Position numbers and translations under genes: made by a program. DNA of 44,008 nt from an uncultured bacterium (GTDB lineage: Bacteria; Patescibacteriota; Minisyncoccia; Phycocordibacterales; UBA9973): positions 1-44,008 of the forward strand of contig CAITEG010000004.1 in the NCBI GenBank assembly GCA_903891365.1. The letters are read 5' to 3'. The first letter of the stretch is position 1; each line of letters begins with the position of its first letter. Below the pieces are notes generated by a model, which worked only from the letters and a program-made list of their open reading frames with translations, had not been told where the DNA came from and did not search any database. Positions 7,909 through 16,014 of the stretch are shown here, in pieces.

Positions 7909-8312
7909 ACAAGTTTGTTATAGTCCTTTCGGAATCTAAGTTGATAAAGCCAGACAGACCATCGACAGGCTGTCAGTTCATCAGGACCGAAGAGATGATG
8001 AGCGAGTTCATGGAAGAGGCTTATAATTGAGCCATCCTTTACGAAGATAAAGTAATCGAATTCACCGACTACATATCTTGTTGGTTCTCCTTCCTTTACG
8101 TAGACTGGTTGGGCGTTATATGCATCAGTGATGATATTTACTAATGCTTGCTGGCAGAATCTTTGGTCTATTCTATTGGGCCAATTTCTGTAGCATCTTC
8201 GTTTCCAGTCACTTATTCTTGTCATTAGACCAATTGGATATATTGGTCTTGGTTCTGCCAAGATTTGCTTCTTAGTCGGATATTTACTTGTATCCCGGGT
8301 CATCGTCGTCAT
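7818..8312 (-). CDS. putative zinc metallopeptidase-like protein (HExxH)
   Basis: FHELAHHLFGPDE contains HExxH and resembles the ImmA/IrrE or SprT-type motif. The start is uncertain: ATGs at 8330, 8312 and 8303, and the track uses a GTG at 8378. Confidence 0.45.
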   Translation of the reverse strand: MTTMTRDTSKYPTKKQILAEPRPIYPIGLMTRISDWKRRCYRNWPNRIDQRFCQQALVNIITDAYNAQPVYVKEGEPTRYVVGEFDYFIFVKDGSIISLFHELAHHLFGPDELTACRWSVWLYQLRFRKDYNKLVWNKHLLVKPLSSKRVVAQSPSHHKVATIV

Positions 8313-10239
8313 AATCCATTTCGTCAGCATAAGCCGGCGAGAGTTTAGCTGCCTTGACAATATGGGCAAGTGTTTCACAACGGGAGCGAAACTTATCCAT
8401 TTCAGTCTTGATGTTATTGATGTGCCATCCTATCTGAAGAGGAAGCCCTTCCTCAGCAGCAATATTAACAACCTTCCTTAGATATTCATCAACACGCATC
8501 TCGGTGGCATTCAGAATTGTGGAACCAACTCCTTCAGCTTCTTCTAGGATTTCGAATGGATCTTTATCATCTCCAGTGTTACTTAGTGCTTCTAGCATTA
8601 ACTCCGCTTCTCCTTCAAGTACGTCTACTGGAGTTTGAACACTAGACACTTCTGTAAATTCAGCGTCGGTGATACGTTCATCATCTCTACCCATGGCTGC
8701 ATCAGCCAGAGCCCGAACTCCCTGAGGCTTATTAATCCTTTCTAGAATAGTTAGTGCATAGGAATCGTTCTTAACTACGGCACCAGCTGGTTTGCTTGGG
8801 AAGGCTTCTTCGATATCCTTGTCGAAGTTTTCGGATATCGCATCATTATTTTCATTGTCACATATTTCTGCATCAGTCTTTGGGTTTGTGAATGCTGCAG
8901 CCAAAGCTAGAACAACTTCACAATAAGTGCAGAATTGAAACACTGGCACATATGCCCCAGCGATCTCGCTCATTCTTACATTAGTGAGCTCCCGCCCCAC
9001 CTTGTCAATATCGTCGAAAGTCTTCCATTTCGAGAGATCAAACTTTTTTTCTTCGAGAGCTTCTTCTAGACATTCATCATAAGATACTTCTTGGGTGACT
9101 AGGCCTATACCTTCTACGAAGAGTTCATTTGCTCTCTTAAGATCTCCCATGCTTATGGCTAGATTGAAATCCTTAATAATTCCTTTCCCTTCTAGGGTTT
9201 CAATAGCTGCATGGTCATTAGAGTCAGTGAATACTTTACCTAGTGGCCCACTCATCATTTGATGAACGATGTGGGACTGAGATACGAATTTATATTCGTC
9301 TTCTGTTTTAGATTTATCTCCTCTATTTGGTAATAGCCACATATTTTTTTCTTTGTTCCACTCGTATCCGGCATCCGTCATTCCTTTCTTTAGATCTGCA
9401 TCAGACACCTTGTTTCTATTGGTTCCAAAGCCTATGCTTCTACCACTATAAGACTCCTGTTTAGCTGGCGGTTCAGGAGTATATTTCATCGTGATAGTCT
9501 TCTTGAGTTTAGTGAACGTTACTAGACCGCCTTCTTTATAGACAGCTTCTAGAACTACCACTTCATCTTTCTCTAATGGTTGACCTAGAGTTTCCTCAGA
9601 AGCGAAAGCCCAGCCAGAGTTAGACTCCCAGATTTTCATACCTGCATATCCATTTGTGCCTAGTAGGATTTGATGGATCTTATCATCTTTTGTTCTAGAT
9701 ATTGCCCAGAAGGTGAATCCTCCTTTGGCACCAATATCAGGAATCTTGCCTTCGAAGAATCTAGCTAGTTCAATAGCGATGGCTTCACTATCATTGAACT
9801 TCATGGTATAACTGGCGCTGTTAGCTGCCCAAGCTTTTCTATATTCTGTTTCATATAGATAGCCAGCTTTCTCGTGAACAGCCTTCAATTCCTCATCATT
9901 ACTGATCACACCATTGTGAGCGATGAGCCATTTATATGTCAACTCTTCATTCTCTATTGCCATTGGATGAGTTTGGCTCATTAGATTATCTGAAGAAGTT
10001 GGCATTCGATGATGGAATAATATGTGACGAGATTGAGGGTCAGTATACATGTCATGAAACATCTTTGCTGCCTCAGTTGCACGATCTACACTTACAATTC
10101 CTTTATCATCTATTTTTACTATACCGAACCCACGAGTACCTCTTCCTTGTTGGTCTTCAAATTGATTTACAACATAGTCGATAGCGCGAGCAGGCGGTAT
10201 CTTTTTGTCTTTACTTACCCATCCGATTAGTCCACACAT
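8284..10239 (-). CDS. class-II (Ntn) glutamine amidotransferase domain fused to an ~400-aa acidic uncharacterised C-terminal region
   Basis: Begins MCGLIGW (catalytic Cys2). Also has RGTRGFGIV, LFHHRMPTSS and AHNGVISN, typical of GATase class II. The remainder has no recognised motif. Confidence 0.7.
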   Translation of the reverse strand: MCGLIGWVSKDKKIPPARAIDYVVNQFEDQQGRGTRGFGIVKIDDKGIVSVDRATEAAKMFHDMYTDPQSRHILFHHRMPTSSDNLMSQTHPMAIENEELTYKWLIAHNGVISNDEELKAVHEKAGYLYETEYRKAWAANSASYTMKFNDSEAIAIELARFFEGKIPDIGAKGGFTFWAISRTKDDKIHQILLGTNGYAGMKIWESNSGWAFASEETLGQPLEKDEVVVLEAVYKEGGLVTFTKLKKTITMKYTPEPPAKQESYSGRSIGFGTNRNKVSDADLKKGMTDAGYEWNKEKNMWLLPNRGDKSKTEDEYKFVSQSHIVHQMMSGPLGKVFTDSNDHAAIETLEGKGIIKDFNLAISMGDLKRANELFVEGIGLVTQEVSYDECLEEALEEKKFDLSKWKTFDDIDKVGRELTNVRMSEIAGAYVPVFQFCTYCEVVLALAAAFTNPKTDAEICDNENNDAISENFDKDIEEAFPSKPAGAVVKNDSYALTILERINKPQGVRALADAAMGRDDERITDAEFTEVSSVQTPVDVLEGEAELMLEALSNTGDDKDPFEILEEAEGVGSTILNATEMRVDEYLRKVVNIAAEEGLPLQIGWHINNIKTEMDKFRSRCETLAHIVKAAKLSPAYADEMDYDDDDPGYK

Positions 10240-10241
10240 AT

Positions 10242-12140
10242 TTAGAATGACGCTTGCGCGTTGTTATGATTAATTGTTCCAATAAGATATGATCTTGCTA
10301 CTGGAGATAATGAGTGGGTGATTCGTCCATTGGATGTATCGCTTAAATATTCTACAAGTTCTCTAGCAACTTCTTCTCGTGCTGCTTGGTCTACATTCCA
10401 ATTCCATCGATCATTATTCTGCATGAGTATAATTATTTTCACGAATGGTGATCCAGAATATGGGGCCATTGCTCTTGATAGATCTCTAATTACACCACTG
10501 ATAGCAGAATCAATAGAGTAGCTTCCAGGATTAGTTTCCATTTCAGCTTGTACAGCATCATTGCTTAGTTGTCTAGGATTGTCAGCTCTAGATTCAGCTC
10601 TCTCTAGTCCTACCTCCATCTCTTCTTCTTTCTTCATAGATTCAAGAAGAGGACTTGGTCCAGGGGATAGAGTTGCTGAGTCTAATGGAATGAATGTTTT
10701 AGGAGACTTTTCAAACTTAAGCACAAGTCTGATTAGGGGCTTAATATCTCCTTTTCTTCTCATTTCATATGGAAGACCAATCATTACTCTTCGGTTATCC
10801 TTGGAGCTGATTAATTTTCCAGTACGAGCATTTAACACTCGACCATACATAGGAACAGCTTCATTTTTGTTTCCTATTCGATCAAACTTACTTGACAAGA
10901 GAGAGAAATCTTCTATTGTGGTTATTATTTCATGACCCGCAATAAAGAGTCCATTTTCATCTCTCATTACAAGAGCGTTCAGACCTTTCTTAAGACCGAA
11001 GAGATAATATTCATGCTGTGGTTTCCATCCAAGCGCGATACACCTCTTAGATAATGCTGTGGCAAATTGTTCAACATTCAGGTCTTCATTCCAAGCGAAC
11101 TGACTCATGTTTCTGATTACTGATTCAGGGAATTTAGAAGTCTTTTCTTCGATCTCTTCATCTTTAAAGAAGGATGTTATAGGGATCTTGGCAGATCCTT
11201 GTGTGAAACCCCAACCTTCATTAATAGAATAATGGGCTTTTACTTTCTCTTCCATTACTCTAGATGGAGACATTATAAGTTCAAGTTCTGCTTTATATTC
11301 AGGATAAGCAGGATGAGCTCGTACGAAGGGACGAATTTTGTCCAGATAAGATTTCTGAATGTTCACATAATTATCTAGAAGAAATGGAAGATACTCCTTC
11401 GCTTGTTTCCGGCTTCTGAACAAGACTGGCCCGACAGGTTTCAAGTTGCCCTTGAGAATGCTGTCCCAACAGATTGCCATATAAGCCAACGTCCCGAGAG
11501 CAATCTTTTCTGTGGTTACCCACTCAGCTCCTGGAGCTCGAACTTCAAGAGTGAATCCATCAGCACCGCTAGGGAATTTGAATCTCGGAGTGTCTATTCT
11601 GAAATCGAATAGCTCACCATAGTGGCCAGATTGGAATCCCTTTCTCAATTGACTTGACAGTTTGTTTTCTCCCATCATAATTAGAATGATGAAAGTTCCT
11701 ACAGCTCGTTCAATAGCTGCCCATTTTTCAGTTTTATTACGCCACATCTGATTGAAGTCTTCTGGAATGGCGAGATGGATATGACCACCAGCACTTGCAG
11801 CAATGGTGAGGGTGGACATGTCTACGAATGGAATCTTATCGGCAGCTTGTTTGAATAGAGATTTCATATTAGCCACAACTTCTCGTGGTGTGCCTGGATC
11901 TGGTCTAAGCTCACCAGTAGCATTATGACCATCCCAACCAATATCTCCTCCAGGAAATGCAAATCCAGCAGGTGTCTTTGCTTCTCCTTTGAAGAAAGTT
12001 GTGAAGATCTCTATTGCACTAATTGGTCGAGAGCCACTCACTACAGTGAACTCAGGGTCAGCGCCCACTTTGAATGGGAATTCATAAGCGGGTTTAACTT
12101 TTGGTTCTTCTACCACAGGCTCAACTGTTGTTTCAGTCAT
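10242..12140 (-). CDS. glutamine-synthetase-fold carboxylate-amine ligase (amidoligase), paralog A, with an ~300-aa C-terminal extension
   Basis: VGADPEF, GELRPDPG, SAGGHIHLA and LEVRAPG match the acidic/His/Arg motif series of the GS/GCS2-fold amidoligases. All four are shared with the next gene. Confidence 0.6.
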   Translation of the reverse strand: MTETTVEPVVEEPKVKPAYEFPFKVGADPEFTVVSGSRPISAIEIFTTFFKGEAKTPAGFAFPGGDIGWDGHNATGELRPDPGTPREVVANMKSLFKQAADKIPFVDMSTLTIAASAGGHIHLAIPEDFNQMWRNKTEKWAAIERAVGTFIILIMMGENKLSSQLRKGFQSGHYGELFDFRIDTPRFKFPSGADGFTLEVRAPGAEWVTTEKIALGTLAYMAICWDSILKGNLKPVGPVLFRSRKQAKEYLPFLLDNYVNIQKSYLDKIRPFVRAHPAYPEYKAELELIMSPSRVMEEKVKAHYSINEGWGFTQGSAKIPITSFFKDEEIEEKTSKFPESVIRNMSQFAWNEDLNVEQFATALSKRCIALGWKPQHEYYLFGLKKGLNALVMRDENGLFIAGHEIITTIEDFSLLSSKFDRIGNKNEAVPMYGRVLNARTGKLISSKDNRRVMIGLPYEMRRKGDIKPLIRLVLKFEKSPKTFIPLDSATLSPGPSPLLESMKKEEEMEVGLERAESRADNPRQLSNDAVQAEMETNPGSYSIDSAISGVIRDLSRAMAPYSGSPFVKIIILMQNNDRWNWNVDQAAREEVARELVEYLSDTSNGRITHSLSPVARSYLIGTINHNNAQASF

Positions 12141-13186
12141 GATTTACGTTCTAGATAAGCTTCAAAACCTTTATCTTCATAGGTGAAACGATAGTTCGAC
12201 CAGTGCTTAAGAGGATCACCTCTGAATGATTTCTTAATACCTTTCTCAATAAACTTTTCAAATGCTGGCATACTTCTGTCGTTCAAACTGTGTCCAGTGA
12301 AATTAGGACACCATTTTATAATGATTGGTTTGATTCTATTGAAGTTAGCCAGCGCTAGGTTAAAGTCATTGTTATTAATTGCGTGAACGATTTCGAGTTC
12401 ATTCACGGCTGCCATCAATTCTTTGCCTGCTTTCTTATTCTCTGCAAAGCCGAGACCTTGGCGACATAGTCCCATAACCATACTCATGAGTGTATAGTTT
12501 TTCAACCAGAAGTTGCCTAGAACTCTATATTCAATACCATGAGGTTGAATACGATATTCTCCTGCGCGCCCATAATACTTTCGTCTCTCGATTTCTCCTT
12601 CATCACGATCGAGAAGTACACAAGTGTTACCAACGATAATATCCAGGATCTTTACAATCTTTTCAGCTTCTTTACCATCTTTAAGCATGTTTATTACACA
12701 TTGTTCTGATGATCCAGGAGATGTTCCTAGATGGATATGACCACCGGCACTTCGATAAAGATATTTACTGGCGTCTGGAAGCTGGGGATAGTTTCCATAT
12801 GCATTTAAGCTAGGAGAACATCCAAAGCGTTTGCTATCTGGACTTAGAGAATCCATTTCCTTTTTGGTTACTTTAACCAAAACATTCCAATTGATGGTGA
12901 TACGTTTACCAGCTATTTGTCTTTGGACTCCTTGGAATAGTTCATGGATTCTATAAGAGAAACTTTGACGACAGCGATTGAAGTATGGATTCAGCTCTGC
13001 TTGAATACCATCTATAATCAATTTACCTCCAGATGTATTTATTCCTTCTTTGGGGAGGATTTTTTCTGCACCTATGATTGAACTTGGATTACCCACTAAG
13101 TTCTTTCTTGCGAAAAAGAACTCAGGATCAGCTCCCCAAGTTGGATGCAGATATTTAATTGTGGGTTTGATTTCTGTTTCTGGCAT
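12137..13186 (-). CDS. glutamine-synthetase-fold carboxylate-amine ligase (amidoligase), paralog B
   Basis: WGADPEF, IQAELNP, SAGGHIHLG and IEYRVLGN. It has an ATGA overlap with paralog A (12137-12140). The start at 13186 (MPETEIKP) was chosen by analogy with paralog A (MTETTVEP). The track uses a TTG at 13234. Confidence 0.6.
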   Translation of the reverse strand: MPETEIKPTIKYLHPTWGADPEFFFARKNLVGNPSSIIGAEKILPKEGINTSGGKLIIDGIQAELNPYFNRCRQSFSYRIHELFQGVQRQIAGKRITINWNVLVKVTKKEMDSLSPDSKRFGCSPSLNAYGNYPQLPDASKYLYRSAGGHIHLGTSPGSSEQCVINMLKDGKEAEKIVKILDIIVGNTCVLLDRDEGEIERRKYYGRAGEYRIQPHGIEYRVLGNFWLKNYTLMSMVMGLCRQGLGFAENKKAGKELMAAVNELEIVHAINNNDFNLALANFNRIKPIIIKWCPNFTGHSLNDRSMPAFEKFIEKGIKKSFRGDPLKHWSNYRFTYEDKGFEAYLERKS

Positions 13187-13373
13187 GTTTAATAATAAAA
13201 CCCCATCATGAAGCGACATCTGGAAACGGGGCAATACATTGCAGGTTATTCTTTACTGGTGAATAACAACCAGTTATACAGTTCTGCTTACCTCTTAGTT
13301 AGGCGAGGATATTGTGGATAGCCATTTCCATGTGTCGCCCCACAATGGGGCAACGAATAAATGACTCAGTAGG

Positions 13374-13910
13374 TTAAACTACGTCGTCTGGCGCACTGGC
13401 GGTCTCTTCAATGATCTTCTGAGAAAGACTCTTGAGAGCGTCCTTATCAACTTTCAATTCACCGGTCTTAGCCTTGTCAAGGTTATCAAGAGCACGAGCG
13501 AGCTCATCTTGTGTATCTTTGATATCCTTACCTGCCTCTTCAAGCATACTGGCTAGAGTTTTTGCTGCTTCTTTGTTTTCCTCAGCATCTTCTTTGTCCT
13601 GTTCCTTATACTTATCCTCTAGAGATGCTGATGCAGCAGCAATGTCATCCGCGCTGATACCTGGGACGTTGCCGAGAGCTTGACGCATTGCGTCACGGTG
13701 GGCATCTGACTTGACTTTAGCTTCAGCAATCTCAGTTGCCTCTTCAGCTGCGTCAACGATGACCTTTGAATAATGGCGAATAGCAGTGGCTACGTTCTTC
13801 TTTGCCTCTGTTACACGCTCTTGGATGCGGACAATCATTTGTGCACGTAGAATGTCTCGCGCTTTCTCCTTTGCTGCAGTTGCGACTGAAGCGTAATCAA
13901 TTGTACTCAT
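13374..13910 (-). CDS. hypothetical Ala/Lys/Glu-rich coiled-coil protein (178 aa)
   Basis: ORF track. The composition is typical of a long helix or coiled coil. Confidence 0.5.
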   Translation of the reverse strand: MSTIDYASVATAAKEKARDILRAQMIVRIQERVTEAKKNVATAIRHYSKVIVDAAEEATEIAEAKVKSDAHRDAMRQALGNVPGISADDIAAASASLEDKYKEQDKEDAEENKEAAKTLASMLEEAGKDIKDTQDELARALDNLDKAKTGELKVDKDALKSLSQKIIEETASAPDDVV

Positions 13911-14212
13911 AAATAAAAAATATATGTTAGATTAATAGTGGCGCACAAATCTTAGGAATTCTCTTTATTATATTCCTAAAATCGACGTTTGTCTAGGCTA
14001 TTGCTAATTAAGCACTATCTTGTTATGATAAGTGCTTGGGCAGGGTCAGGTAGAAGGATTGTGGAGGTTTTGTCTTTGAGACATTATGAAAGAACATTGC
14101 TCTCAAATGCGAGCAGCATCTCCTATCCTAACCCCACCCAAACACTAATCGTTTAATGTTTGGGAATTATTCAGGCTTTTGGGAAAATTATATAAAAACC
14201 AAAAACCCAAAA
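13911..14212 (-). other. ORF-free, hairpin-dense leader or candidate ncRNA
   Basis: No ORF longer than 16 codons on the minus strand. Four perfect 7-8-bp stems read on the minus strand: ttttggg/cccaaaa, cccaaaca/tgtttggg, aagcact/agtgctt, ttaggaat/attcctaa. Confidence 0.35.
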
Positions 14213-14223
14213 ATAGAGTCGTA
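14213..14223 (-). promoter_or_regulatory. TACGACTCTAT motif, copy 1
   Basis: Plus strand atagagtcgta, which reads TACGACTCTAT on the minus strand. It lies 10 nt downstream of the stop at 14233. Confidence 0.45.
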
Positions 14224-14232
14224 ACAAAACAA

Positions 14233-14571
14233 CTAACACCACTCTTTTTGATACCAGTTTTTTTTCTTTCCGAACTTCTTGAACTTTCTGTTGTTCACAG
14301 ACCATACCCACATGTGTAGAATGTTTCCACTGTTTGGATTGAGTCTTGGTCTCATTCTGTGTGTTACACCAAGATCGTTTCTTTTTATGTAATTAGCCAA
14401 TCTTTTTCCTGCCTTTTCTGTGTTTGTACAAGAGAAGATAAGAAAAGCTCTTGGCGTGTCATCAAACCAATCTTGGCAAATGTCTTTTAGAATGCGGTCA
14501 GGAAGATATCCTGAGATGCGATCTATTTCTTTAATTCCACAGCACTCAACACCATCATTAATGTGTGACAT
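14233..14571 (-). CDS. hypothetical protein (112 aa)
   Basis: ORF track. No motif recognised. Confidence 0.5.
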   Translation of the reverse strand: MSHINDGVECCGIKEIDRISGYLPDRILKDICQDWFDDTPRAFLIFSCTNTEKAGKRLANYIKRNDLGVTHRMRPRLNPNSGNILHMWVWSVNNRKFKKFGKKKNWYQKEWC

Positions 14572-14710
14572 ATATTAAGCCATATCTTCTACGTGGGAAG
14601 ATTTCATAGTTCTTCATTTAAGTTTGGATAAATAATGTCTTCTTCTTCTGACAAGTCTGCTGTATCTATGGGATCGCATTCGTCATAGATCTCATTGATA
14701 TAATCGTCTT

Positions 14711-14932
14711 TTATAACGATAGGTTAGCTCTTAGTAGCAGAGTGCGGGCTTCATCGACTAATATTTTAAGGGCTATTTCGTCGTATTTACTACCACTCTC
14801 GTCATCATAGTCTGTTATATCTGCTTTTGATTGCCACGAAGCGATTTCTAGTTTTAGAACTGTGTTTTTCCCGAATACATAGTTTATAAACCTACTTATA
14901 ACGGTAATCGGACTATAAGAATAGTTAATCAT
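14711..14932 (-). CDS. hypothetical protein (73 aa from the internal ATG)
   Basis: The ATG at 14930-14932 overlaps the upstream TGA as ATGA. The longer track ORF would overlap the upstream gene by 90 nt. Confidence 0.45.
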   Translation of the reverse strand: MINYSYSPITVISRFINYVFGKNTVLKLEIASWQSKADITDYDDESGSKYDEIALKILVDEARTLLLRANLSL

Positions 14933-15198
14933 ACCATCAACGTTACATATCCGTGCGCTACTTTGCGCGCGAAGTTGCCAACAATAGCTTTCTCGACCAT
15001 GTCTAGCTTTGCACTGCACGTTGCTTTTCGTTGTCCTGAGTACACATTAAGAAAGACCACACGTCTAAGTGCGGGATTATATGGTCTGATGCTTAGTGTA
15101 TATCTAGTGCCCAGTTCGAGTTTGTCTCTTTGTTCTACTACTACGTCACCAGCTGATATTGTCAGCGGTTCGTTCTTTCTTAGATTAAGCATAATCAT
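14929..15198 (-). CDS. hypothetical protein (89 aa)
   Basis: ORF track. Motif copy 2 lies about 40 nt upstream. Confidence 0.5.
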   Translation of the reverse strand: MIMLNLRKNEPLTISAGDVVVEQRDKLELGTRYTLSIRPYNPALRRVVFLNVYSGQRKATCSAKLDMVEKAIVGNFARKVAHGYVTLMV

Positions 15199-15238
15199 AA
15201 GATTATTAATAATGAGGGAACTAAAGCTCCCTCACAAA

Positions 15239-15249
15239 ATAGAGTCGTA
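15239..15249 (-). promoter_or_regulatory. TACGACTCTAT motif, copy 2
   Basis: atagagtcgta on the plus strand. It is followed on the minus strand by the hairpin tgaggga (15213-15219) / tccctca (15228-15234). Confidence 0.5.
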
Positions 15250-15274
15250 GACTACGTCTCACCTCACCACAGCA

Positions 15275-15303
15275 CAAAAAGAAAGCCAGCATCTCTGCTG
15301 GCT
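15275..15303 (-). terminator. rho-independent terminator (minus strand)
   Basis: 8-bp stem agccagca (15284-15291) / tgctggct (15296-15303) with loop tctc. The A-rich run 15275-15283 gives a U-tract on the minus transcript. It follows the stop at 15368. Confidence 0.65.
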
Positions 15304-15367
15304 TCTCTTCGCGTAGTATCAAACTGCGTCTTAAGACTTGCGTAGCATTAAGCTGCGACTTAGTGGC

Positions 15368-15625
15368 TTAAGCAGCCACTTCTACGAATGCTCTGAGATC
15401 TGCATCCTTCTTTCCTTCTCTTTTGATATTCGGATAGAGGATTACGCGATCTCCAGGGCTAAGAGTTACGTTACCAGGAGAGTTACGTCCACTATCAATC
15501 GATAGTGTGAGAAACTCCGTGCCTGGAGCTTTGCTATTAGCGCCTGTTACATTCTTCCACGCTCGACCTACCGGTACGAGCTTGGTGGCTGGCTTTGTGG
15601 CCGCGCCGTTCTGTGTTGTTGCCAT
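15368..15625 (-). CDS. hypothetical protein (85 aa), weakly DUF736-like
   Basis: VGRAWKNVTGANSKAPGTEFLTLSIDS resembles my recollection of the DUF736 core (GAAWKK..K.G..YLSVKLD). It is the first gene of the leftward arm. Confidence 0.45.
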   Translation of the reverse strand: MATTQNGAATKPATKLVPVGRAWKNVTGANSKAPGTEFLTLSIDSGRNSPGNVTLSPGDRVILYPNIKREGKKDADLRAFVEVAA

Positions 15626-15709
15626 ACGATGTTATCGTTTAGCGAATAAGGTAGCTAGCTGAAGCGCTAGCAAGACTGAGAGGCATCTCCTAAGATATAC
15701 CTCTCATAT

Positions 15710-15720
15710 ATAGAGTCGTA
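15710..15720 (-). promoter_or_regulatory. TACGACTCTAT motif, copy 3
   Basis: atagagtcgta on the plus strand. It lies about 85 nt upstream of the ATG at 15625 and is followed on the minus strand by the tgagagg/cctctca 7-bp stem. Confidence 0.5.
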
Positions 15721-15771
15721 ATGTATTAGGGAACCATGTCCTCATATAATCATCTACGCTTCTATACATAT

Positions 15772-15782
15772 ACAGAGTCGTA
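15772..15782 (-). promoter_or_regulatory. TACGACTCTGT motif, copy 4 (one substitution)
   Basis: acagagtcgta on the plus strand, 62 nt from copy 3 and in the same orientation. Confidence 0.4.
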
Positions 15783-15979
15783 CTCCTTCAGAAAGACACT
15801 AGGGGGGAGTAGTCACTTCACCTCCTTGCCAGATTGAACCTCCTCTCCTGGTACTGTAACCGCGTCCAGATTTGTAAAAATCTCTATCACTCGCCCACGA
15901 AATGACGAAATGAAGTACCTCCCCTACTTTTATACAACTCAATGGGTACCCTAAAATTTTTTTTCAAATTTTTGACATC

Positions 15980-16008
15980 TTGACAGTCCTTCTAATCGCG
16001 CGTAATAT
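15980..16008 (+). promoter_or_regulatory. sigma-70-type promoter giving a leaderless mRNA
   Basis: TTGACA (15980-15985), a 17-bp spacer, TAATAT (16003-16008), 6 nt, then the ATG at 16015. A second TTGACA lies at 15972-15977. Confidence 0.6.
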
Positions 16009-16014
16009 GAAACT

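Noticed and set aside
14604-14713. A 36-codon acidic open frame (PIVIKDDYINEIYDECDPIDTADLSEEEDIIYPNLNEEL) in the -1 frame after the stop of ORF 14711-14932. This raised the possibility of a programmed -1 frameshift.
   Set aside because: There is no ATG, and no X-XXY-YYZ slippery heptamer in the only permissive window (13 nt between the -1-frame TAA and the zero-frame TAA). It is probably non-coding spacer.
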